Positions 9,001 through 15,874 of a DNA stretch of 64,000 nucleotides are shown here, one piece after another. The DNA lies in contig JAVBOY010000012.1 of NCBI GenBank assembly GCA_031550085.1, positions 83,689 through 147,688 on the forward strand. Reading direction: 5' to 3'. The stretch comes from Lentimicrobiaceae bacterium. GTDB taxonomy: Bacteria; Bacteroidota; Bacteroidia; Bacteroidales; UBA4417. Numbering within the stretch: position 1 is the stretch's first letter; each line of letters starts with the position of its first letter. A program made the translations under genes and the position numbers. The notes beneath the pieces were generated by a model that worked only from the letters and a program-made list of their open reading frames with translations, made no database searches and had not been told where the DNA came from.

Positions 9001-10655
9001 GTCTCACTGCCTTAACCCTGCGTGTTATCAACAACAGTACGGGGTCGATGGGGAATGACTTTGCTATGGATGATATTGAAGTACATTTTTGTACTCCGCC
9101 GGTAGCCATAAATTCTTCGGTGGATTTGACCAACTCCGTATGTTTGGACACGCCAATTACGCTGACCGGTACCTATGCCGACGACGGTACTTTTGGCAGC
9201 TCGCTCGACTACCGCTGGGAGTACAGCCTCACGGGAAATATCAACAATCCGGCAGAGTGGACGGTACTGACTGCCTCCTCGGGCGCAAGCCCATTGGACA
9301 TAGACTTCAACATCCCTGTGCCAACTGCTGCCGGTACAGTTTTTTACCGCTTGGTTATTGCCGATGCAGCCAATATGGATAATCCCATGTGCCGCGCTGC
9401 TTCCAACATATTGTCAGTTAACTTCCAAAATAGACCTTCATTCAGTACCATTGCTGCAGCCACCTGTTCCGATGCCCTCAATTTATATGCCTATGTGGAA
9501 AATTTACAAAATACGGTTTCCGACAGCCTCAAATTTAGCACCGAAAACAGCTTCACTACAGGAGTTATCACCAATCCGGAAAATTACATTTTCACGGGCA
9601 TTACCACCATTTATGTAGTAGCAACAAATGGCGGATGCTCTTCGCCCGTGCAAACCATGACCATACAACCGGGCGTTTTGGGACTAAGCGCTCCCAATGA
9701 AAAGCTGAAAAATGTATCTTGTTTTGGAGGAAGTGATGGCTCGGCTTTAGCTCGGCCTTTAAATGGGTCAGCTCCATATACATACGCTTGGAACACTTCG
9801 CCTCCGCAAAGCGATAGCATTGCGCTCAATTTATCGAAAGGGACTTACAGTTGTACGGTTTCGGATGTTGTGGGCTGTACAGGAACGATTAATGTTACCC
9901 TTACAGAGCCACCGCTCCTGAGCATTCAAGGAATCACAACTACAAATACTTACTGCAACGAAGCATTTGGAGCATGCGAAATTCAGGTAACAGGCGGAAC
10001 TCCACCCTATACATACTCATTAGATGGAGGTGTTGTTTATCATACGACAAATAACCACTCCAACTTGTTACCCGGCAATTATCCGGTGGTGGTAAAGGAT
10101 AACAACGATTGTGAAACAGTACCCAGCGATATGACCATAACGAGTCAGCCGTTACAGATTTCAATTTCAACAACAAACACCATTTGCAAAATAGAAGGAA
10201 TGATTTTGGATCCTGGTTCCTTCCCTTTGCCTTATCTGTGGCACGACGGAAGCACTTCACAAACCTGCCAGGTGCGGGATACGGGCTGGTATTGGGTAAA
10301 AGTTGCGCAATCGCCCACTTGCGAAGCCTACGATTCGGTGTATATTGAAAGCTGCGACGTGAATTTGCTGATTCCCAATGCCTTTACACCCAATAGCGAT
10401 GGGCTGAATGATACTTTTCATGTGGTTTGCAATGAAAAAGCGCGGAGTCTCATTCCGGAAAACGGTTTTCATCTTCAGATTTTTAACAAATCCGGGCAGA
10501 TGATATTCCGGTCGAGCAACTTGGATGTACATTGGGATGGAAAATACATGGGAAAAGTGTGTCCCAAGGGAGTTTACAGTTATGTCATAAAGTACGTTGA
10601 TTCGTTTTCAGGACAATCAAAAACGATTCGAGGTACAGTTTTATTGCTGGACTAG
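6033..10655 (+). CDS. large secreted adhesin: choice-of-anchor L domain, SprB-type repeats, T9SS type B (gliding-motility) C-terminal domain
   Basis: Signal peptide (VWIGLLGVNAVYAQ). The choice-of-anchor L signature is GLVLSTG..GDPDL..ALEFDFVPTASEITFRYVFASEEYLQY..FNDVFGFF. SprB repeats are CFGGSDGSA..GSAPYTYAWN and GGTPPYTYSLDGG. The C-terminus reads IPNAFTPNSDGLNDTF. Confidence 0.9.
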   Translation: MKQKSAGIVCRFVIPVWIGLLGVNAVYAQTGSPALEARIDSLKQVYVDKGVVDSIAEKRARMIVESEWFKGKAPADKILDTPDGSIMVNRDPTYASYTPTQLVENIFVKSGACSSVSNVVLKSHGWNGTIWTHPDSRGLGYFSKNNSNFEMSEGLVLSTGALLSIEGPNASSDGVGDPLGTAPMGDPDLKLLAKDVRNYSALEFDFVPTASEITFRYVFASEEYLQYANTEFNDVFGFFIYELSNPSGKQNIAQLPTSSTGNYDVSINNVNWGNVDYPVHNTATPLTAGAKNPGYYKNIPGSFAPPPPFGGASYDSLKKSMQFNGRTVVLTATYQVNPCSSYHLKLAVGNCSDKNVQSGVFLEAHSLDLGELLKNSGSMNDGQEYVYRGCAVNKFTVFRLQADPTPLVVYLTYGGTALSDIALPGGGALPATVTIPANELSVDVFYEVKTLNLGTGHGTFTITTTCPCGGGGLGFTKTIDIYDPSDPDDFQAVATPACLGTNNGTITVSCGTGGSGTYESSIDGGITWQSFTLDYKYTELASADYSVFIRDMGGCTYETRNVSTFFSTFLAPTISGTFDICAPASSTTLTASAGGDSCQWYKDGSPIAGATSFVYTATASGNYYVIAFAGGCNSDFSDTVTVRIHGIVPDAAVTNLALTYWQYETAPSLLSATGATAITDHTLKWYQSDGTTLYTNAANPINTAVAGVYDYYVSQINDAASCESNKILVSVIVAKPQVLNYIACPDAVVTLGLDAIPGVSFYWYSAQSGGTLLTATSSDTYMVTKDAATLQTFWIEPRTSVTTYTRIPVNLSLSESCGGAPVTCTQTGTLLFREDFGGNSPSDPNPKPTGIPQMDPIYTYTTLPAGMTNERYYTINKSSFPHVGSGDWYEIDDHTYSGDATRGYMLQVNASAEKGQFYEHRLDGLCPGTKLYFSAWLVSLMNQSLSDKVNQIFTLEDNSGRIIVQYTSGALPDISPTWKQYGFEFTVPPGLTALTLRVINNSTGSMGNDFAMDDIEVHFCTPPVAINSSVDLTNSVCLDTPITLTGTYADDGTFGSSLDYRWEYSLTGNINNPAEWTVLTASSGASPLDIDFNIPVPTAAGTVFYRLVIADAANMDNPMCRAASNILSVNFQNRPSFSTIAAATCSDALNLYAYVENLQNTVSDSLKFSTENSFTTGVITNPENYIFTGITTIYVVATNGGCSSPVQTMTIQPGVLGLSAPNEKLKNVSCFGGSDGSALARPLNGSAPYTYAWNTSPPQSDSIALNLSKGTYSCTVSDVVGCTGTINVTLTEPPLLSIQGITTTNTYCNEAFGACEIQVTGGTPPYTYSLDGGVVYHTTNNHSNLLPGNYPVVVKDNNDCETVPSDMTITSQPLQISISTTNTICKIEGMILDPGSFPLPYLWHDGSTSQTCQVRDTGWYWVKVAQSPTCEAYDSVYIESCDVNLLIPNAFTPNSDGLNDTFHVVCNEKARSLIPENGFHLQIFNKSGQMIFRSSNLDVHWDGKYMGKVCPKGVYSYVIKYVDSFSGQSKTIRGTVLLLD

Positions 10656-10703
10656 GCGTTGTGTAGAAAATACAAATCCTATTTAAAGGGATGAAACGAA
10701 TAG

Positions 10704-11540
10704 TTAAATTTCTTTTTTCAATTTCCGCCTTGTTCCCAAAAACCTTATCAAATGTGCCAATGCAAACAGCATCACAAACACAAAAATAATGGTGGCTCCC
10801 GAGGGAATATTGAGGTAATACGAAATCAACAAACCGCTGAACGAACCCAAAAAGCTGATTAAAACAGAAAGGTAAATCATTTTTTTTAAATCGTTTACAA
10901 ACAGGTTGGCAGTTACTTGCGGAATGGTTAAAAAAGAAATCACCAAAATAATGCCCACCACGCGGATATGCAACACAATGGCCAATGCTACCAGGGTGAG
11001 CAGCAAATAATTGAACCATTCCACGGCCACACGGTGCGAGCGGGCGTATTCCTCGTCGAACGAAATAAACAGGATTTTATGGTAAAAAAATCCGAAAACA
11101 AGAATGGTTATTATCGCCAACAGCAGCATCAATTGCAGGTCGAGTGTGGTGACGGTTAAAATACTTCCGAATAAAAACGCCATCAGGTTGGGTGCATAAC
11201 CCGGAGTCAGGAATATAAAAATAATCCCCAGCGCCATTCCCAGCGACCACCAGATGCCGATGGCCGAATCTTCGCGCAGGTTGGTTTGCTGGGACGAAAT
11301 GCGGATTCCCAAAGCCGCCAGTACGCTAAATACCACGGCTCCGGCCACCGGATTGATTCCCAGAAAATAACCCAAGCCGATGCCACCGAACGAAGCGTGC
11401 GTAATGCCGCCGCTGATAAAAACCATGCGTCGCGCCACAATGTATGAACCGATAATTCCGCACGAAATGCTTGCCAGCAAAGCCGCCTCGACCGAATGGC
11501 GGAAAAAATCGTAGGAAAAAAGGTGTAAAAAATTATTCAT
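10704..11540 (-). CDS. znuB: metal (Zn/Mn) ABC transporter permease, ABC-3 family
   Basis: MNNFLHLFSYDFFRH start at 11540, 8-9 TM helices and a GGITHASFGGIGLG motif. The start was chosen to limit overlap with the upstream ATPase gene. Confidence 0.9.
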   Translation of the reverse strand: MNNFLHLFSYDFFRHSVEAALLASISCGIIGSYIVARRMVFISGGITHASFGGIGLGYFLGINPVAGAVVFSVLAALGIRISSQQTNLREDSAIGIWWSLGMALGIIFIFLTPGYAPNLMAFLFGSILTVTTLDLQLMLLLAIITILVFGFFYHKILFISFDEEYARSHRVAVEWFNYLLLTLVALAIVLHIRVVGIILVISFLTIPQVTANLFVNDLKKMIYLSVLISFLGSFSGLLISYYLNIPSGATIIFVFVMLFALAHLIRFLGTRRKLKKEI

Positions 11541-12309
11541 GGCTGTGCGGGTGTTGGTGCGAGTGGTCATGCGATTTCAAAACCGTATGCGGTACATTGC
11601 CGTGCGTAATGATTTGAAGCGGGCAGTTGTAAGCGGCTAGCTGTTCTTCGCTGATGATGTTCGACGGATGGTAATGCAGTTGCGTATTGACACAGGCAAT
11701 GGTTTTTACAAAATAGGAAATGGTTCCCACATCGTGCGACACCATGAGGATGGCCATGTGCTCGTTCATTTTGGCGAGGATTTTGTACAAATCGCTTTCG
11801 AACTGGTTGTCGACAAAGGTGCTGGGCTCGTCCAAAATAAGTAGTTGCGGATCGGAAATCAAGGCGCGGGCAATGAAAACACGCTGCATTTGTCCGCCAG
11901 AAAGGGCGCCGATGGACCGTTTAGCCAATGCTCCGATTCCTAATTCGGTTAACAAAGCATGCGCTTTTTCATAATCTTTTTGGGAATACCGGAGAAACCA
12001 GCCTTTTTGCGAAAGCAAACCGGACAACACCACATCAATAACGGTAATCGGGAATTTCTTGTCGATTTGGGAGGTTTGGGGCAAATAACCGATAAATCCC
12101 TTGCCGCTGCTTTCGTTGAAACGTTGCACATGGCCTTTGATGGGTTTTAACAAGCCCAGCAGCACTTTGATCAGCGTGGTTTTTCCGCCGCCGTTCGGAC
12201 CAATCACGCCGATATAGTCGTTTTTGCGGATGGTCAACGATACATCGCGCAAAACCACATGGCTTCCGTAGCCGGCCGTGACGTTATTGATTTCGAGTAG
12301 CTTGTCCAT
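11533..12309 (-). CDS. znuC: metal ABC transporter ATP-binding protein with His-rich C-terminal tail
   Basis: Walker A GPNGGGKTT, signature LSGGQMQR and Walker B LLILDEP. The tail is HDHSHQHPHSHE. ATG 12309 is preferred over TTG 12330. Confidence 0.9.
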   Translation of the reverse strand: MDKLLEINNVTAGYGSHVVLRDVSLTIRKNDYIGVIGPNGGGKTTLIKVLLGLLKPIKGHVQRFNESSGKGFIGYLPQTSQIDKKFPITVIDVVLSGLLSQKGWFLRYSQKDYEKAHALLTELGIGALAKRSIGALSGGQMQRVFIARALISDPQLLILDEPSTFVDNQFESDLYKILAKMNEHMAILMVSHDVGTISYFVKTIACVNTQLHYHPSNIISEEQLAAYNCPLQIITHGNVPHTVLKSHDHSHQHPHSHE

Positions 12310-12319
12310 TTTGCAGTTT

Positions 12320-13195
12320 TTAATCGGCAATCAGTTCTGCAAATTTCAACAAATTTTGTTGCCAGTCGGCATACATGGGATCAAATTCGACGATTTTGGC
12401 GCCGATTTCTTTGGCAATGGTTTCGGCGTTTTTGGTATCGAATTCTTTGGAAATAAACACCGTCCGGATTTGTTTTTGCCTTCCCAGATCGATCAATTGG
12501 CGTACATGAGCCGGAGAAGGTTCTTTGCCTTCGTCTTCGATACAAATTTGGGTTAAACCGTAATCGCGAGCAAAATAGCCCAAGGCCGGATGATAAATCA
12601 TAAAGCTTTTTCCTTCCTGTCCTTTTAACTTCCCGATTATGAGGGCATGGATGGAATCGGCCAGATGGTTGAATTTTTCCAGATTGCTTTTGTAAAAACC
12701 GGCATTTACCGAATCCAAAACACAGAGGCTGTGGCAAATGTTTGCCGCTTGTTGCTTGAGGCAGGTGGTCGACATCCAAATATGCGGATCGATGCTTTCG
12801 TGGGTGTGACCTTCGTGTTGGTGCAGGTGCCCGCTGAGCGGAGGGATGCCGGAATTGGTGTAAATAACATCCATTTTTGGGTTGGAGGATACCACACGCG
12901 GCAGCAGAGCTTGTTCAAAATCGAGCCAACCGATGGCAGCATACACACCGGCCTGCGAAATTTTTTCCATGTCGCGGGGAGTGGGTTCATAAGTTTCGTG
13001 ATTGCTTCCGGGCGGAAGCAGCACTTCTATCTGGAAGTTGTTTCCTGCAATCTGCTCAAACACTTGTTTTTGCGGTAAAATACTAACGACCGCAATTTTC
13101 TTTCCGGAATCCTTTGGAGGGGCTGGTTTGCAAGCGGTAAATAATGCAAAGCTTGCAACGACAGGCAGTAGGATGTTTTTGATAGGAGGTTTCAT
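12320..13195 (-). CDS. znuA: metal ABC transporter substrate-binding lipoprotein (ZnuA/TroA family)
   Basis: Lipobox LFTAC and a His-rich loop GHLHQHEGHTHESIDPHIW, which is typical of zinc-specific ZnuA. Confidence 0.9.
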   Translation of the reverse strand: MKPPIKNILLPVVASFALFTACKPAPPKDSGKKIAVVSILPQKQVFEQIAGNNFQIEVLLPPGSNHETYEPTPRDMEKISQAGVYAAIGWLDFEQALLPRVVSSNPKMDVIYTNSGIPPLSGHLHQHEGHTHESIDPHIWMSTTCLKQQAANICHSLCVLDSVNAGFYKSNLEKFNHLADSIHALIIGKLKGQEGKSFMIYHPALGYFARDYGLTQICIEDEGKEPSPAHVRQLIDLGRQKQIRTVFISKEFDTKNAETIAKEIGAKIVEFDPMYADWQQNLLKFAELIAD

Positions 13196-13595
13196 GAGGT
13201 GTTGAAGTGTTTAAGTGTTGAACTGTTGAATCGTTTAACTGTTGAGCTGTTATTTGTTGTTCGTTATTTGTTGAAACGTTTATTTGTTGAAACGTTTATT
13301 TGGTGAAATGTGAAATGGGGGGAACGGGAAGTGCTTGCTCGATTGATTTTAATACGATAATAGAATCTAATAATGTGTTATTTTAATTGCATAAAGTGAA
13401 ATGGCTGTTTAACTGTTTAATTGTTTATTTGTATCATCCCCCTTTCTGCTTTTTTCCTTTCTACATGACCACTCGTTACCCGTCACTTGAAAAACTCATT
13501 TGTAATTCCTTCTGCTATCTCCTTTCTGCTAAAAAAGTTTATCATTCATCATTAAAATACACATTTTCAATTTTTAACTTTCCATTTTCAATTAA
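13196..13595 (-). repeat. mosaic intergenic repeat, modules A-B-C (copy R2)
   Basis: Shares exact k-mers with 15435-15874: gtttatttggtgaaatgtgaa (13294-13314 and 15517-15537) and tttccattttcaattaat. Also carries the ctgcttttttcctttct module. Confidence 0.85.
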
Positions 13596-14858
13596 TTAAA
13601 GTCTTTCATCCACCTGTTTTTGGTCCCAAAACGCTTTGATATCGTATACGACGGATTTTTCTGCTTTTAGTTTATTGAAATTAAAATCCCGGAATTCATC
13701 GTGGGCTACCGCCAATATAATGGCGCTGTATTTCCCGGTTTCGGCCGATAGATTATTTTTCAAGGGAATCTGGTATTCTTGCGCCACTTCTCCGGCATTT
13801 GCGCGCGGATCGTATACATCCACGTGGCAGCCGAAGTCGGCCAATTCGCCGATCAAGTCGATTACCCGTGAATTGCGGATGTCGGAACAGTTTTCCTTGA
13901 AGGTAATTCCCAACACCAATACATGCGCGCCGGCAACGTCAATCCCCTTTTTTATCATCAGTTTGATGACCCGTTTGGCAACATAAAAGCCCATGTTGTC
14001 GTTCAGGCGGCGTCCGGCCAGGATAATTTCAGGATTGTAGCCCAGTTCATGCGCTTTGTGTGTAAGGTAGTACGGATCGACCCCAATGCAATGTCCGCCG
14101 ACCAAGCCGGGCGTGAACTTCATAAAATTCCATTTGGTGCCGGCTGCTTCGAGCACTTCGTGGGTGTCGATTTGCATTTCATTGAAAATCAACGCCAATT
14201 CATTCACAAAGGCAATGTTGAGGTCGCGCTGCGAATTTTCGATTACTTTGGCGGCTTCCGCTACTTTGATGCTCGAAACCAGATGGGTTCCTACTTTTAC
14301 AATGTTTTGATACAGTGCATCCACTTTTTTCCCGGTTTCGGGCGTGGAACCGCTGGTAATCTTTTTTACGTTGCTGAGCGTGTGTACTTTGTCTCCGGGA
14401 TTGATGCGTTCAGGTGAGTAGCCGCAAAAAAAATCGCGGTTGAATCGCAACCCGCTGGTTTTTTCCAGCACGGGAACACAATCTTCTTCGGTCGCGCCCG
14501 GATACACGGTACTTTCGTAAATAACAACATCATTGGGCTTCAAAACCCTGCCGACCGTTTCGGAAGCGCTCAACAAAGGCGTTAAATCGGGATGCTTGTT
14601 TTTATCGACCGGAGTGGGAACCGTGATAATAAAATAAGTACAGGCCTTTAAATCTTCTGGTTGGGTTGTAAAGCTTAGTTTTCCGGCGGCCGCAAGTTCC
14701 TCGTCTGCGGTTTCGCCGGATGTATCTTTTCCGTTTTTCAATTCGGCAATGCGTTCGGGTTTGATGTCGAAGCCGACGGTTGGAAACAGTTTTCCAAATT
14801 CAACGGCCAATGGCAAACCCACGTAACCCAATCCGATGATTCCTATTTTTGGTTCCAT
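13596..14858 (-). CDS. nucleotide-sugar dehydrogenase (UDP-glucose/GDP-mannose dehydrogenase family, TviB/WbpO-like)
   Basis: N-terminal Rossmann motif IGIIGLGYVGLPLA, catalytic region GLVGGHCIGVDPYY, about 420 aa. Confidence 0.9.
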   Translation of the reverse strand: MEPKIGIIGLGYVGLPLAVEFGKLFPTVGFDIKPERIAELKNGKDTSGETADEELAAAGKLSFTTQPEDLKACTYFIITVPTPVDKNKHPDLTPLLSASETVGRVLKPNDVVIYESTVYPGATEEDCVPVLEKTSGLRFNRDFFCGYSPERINPGDKVHTLSNVKKITSGSTPETGKKVDALYQNIVKVGTHLVSSIKVAEAAKVIENSQRDLNIAFVNELALIFNEMQIDTHEVLEAAGTKWNFMKFTPGLVGGHCIGVDPYYLTHKAHELGYNPEIILAGRRLNDNMGFYVAKRVIKLMIKKGIDVAGAHVLVLGITFKENCSDIRNSRVIDLIGELADFGCHVDVYDPRANAGEVAQEYQIPLKNNLSAETGKYSAIILAVAHDEFRDFNFNKLKAEKSVVYDIKAFWDQKQVDERL

Positions 14859-15434
14859 TTACGTAGTAACTTGTTGGCGGTTTTGCTCGCTCAGGTTAAA
14901 ATTTTCGGGGTGGCAGGCGGTTTTTTGTCTATAAAAATTTTCAATAATCTTAAAATCCATTTCGTAGTTTCCGGTGGTTTCCAGCAACGGCCCAATGCCC
15001 ACATGTTTGTTTTTATAATCCACGAATCCCAGCAAAATGGGTACGTGCGCTTGGTGTGCAATAAAATAAAATCCCTTTTTCCAGTTTTTGACCAGATTCC
15101 TGGACCCTTCGGGCGTAATGGTGATGATGAGTTCATCCTCTTTTAAAAGCATATCCACTACCTGATTGGTGGCATTGGCTCCTTTGCTGCGGTCTACCGG
15201 AATGCCGCCGCAACTTCTTAAAATCCCACCGAATGGGAAACGAAAGAATTCCTTCTTGATCAAATACTTAGCCCGGATGCCCAATCCCATGTAGCCGAAA
15301 AATCCGATGATAAAATCCCAAATGGATGTGTGCGGCGCGACAATAATAACCGCTTTCTTGATTTCGTCGGGTTTTTCGGTGGTAACATGCCAACCGAAAA
15401 GGCTTAAGATAAAACGTCCGGTTCGGGCTCTCAT
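14859..15434 (-). CDS. lysophospholipid (1-acyl-sn-glycerol-3-phosphate) acyltransferase family protein
   Basis: The HxxxxD motif appears as APHTSIWDF, and a PEGSR motif is present. The stop codon TAA directly abuts the ATG of the next gene. Confidence 0.8.
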   Translation of the reverse strand: MRARTGRFILSLFGWHVTTEKPDEIKKAVIIVAPHTSIWDFIIGFFGYMGLGIRAKYLIKKEFFRFPFGGILRSCGGIPVDRSKGANATNQVVDMLLKEDELIITITPEGSRNLVKNWKKGFYFIAHQAHVPILLGFVDYKNKHVGIGPLLETTGNYEMDFKIIENFYRQKTACHPENFNLSEQNRQQVTT

Positions 15435-15874
15435 TCGTTGTTGAATTGTTTATTTGTTGAATTGTTTATTGGGAGAAAATAGGGGAATGAGTGTTGAATT
15501 GTTGAGTTGTTGAACTGTTTATTTGGTGAAATGTGAACCGTGAAGTGGGTGTTGAAGTGTTGAGGTGTTGGACTGTTTATTGGTGTAGGGTATAAACTTG
15601 TTACCTATAACCTGTTAACTGAACGACACCCCCGCCCTTACGGGCACCCCCGCAAGCGGGGGATAGTTTTCTGCCTTCTGCTTTTTCCTTTCTGCTTTCT
15701 GCAATTAAAACTTGTTTACGCGTTACCCGTTACAAAACCTATTTTCAATTCTCAATTTTCCATTTTCAATTAATAAGCAGATTTCTTCCTTTCGCTTCGC
15801 TCCAGTCGAAATGACCTGTAATTCATCGTTAAACACTCATTTTTAATTCTTCATTTTTAATTTTTAATTAAAAC
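15435..15874 (-). repeat. mosaic intergenic repeat, modules A-B-hairpins-C (copy R3)
   Basis: Same modules as 13196-13595 and 46445-47013 (for example gccttctgctttttcctttc). Contains GC hairpins at 15627-15662. Confidence 0.85.

Noticed and set aside
13387-13599. Small ORFs inside repeat spacers (13387..13599, 46746..46952, 1423..1674, 1555..1779)
   Set aside because: Their sequences are translations of the repeat modules (for example the recurring PFSI from ccattttcaatt). They lie antisense to the transcription direction of the flanking genes and differ between copies by frame-breaking indels.
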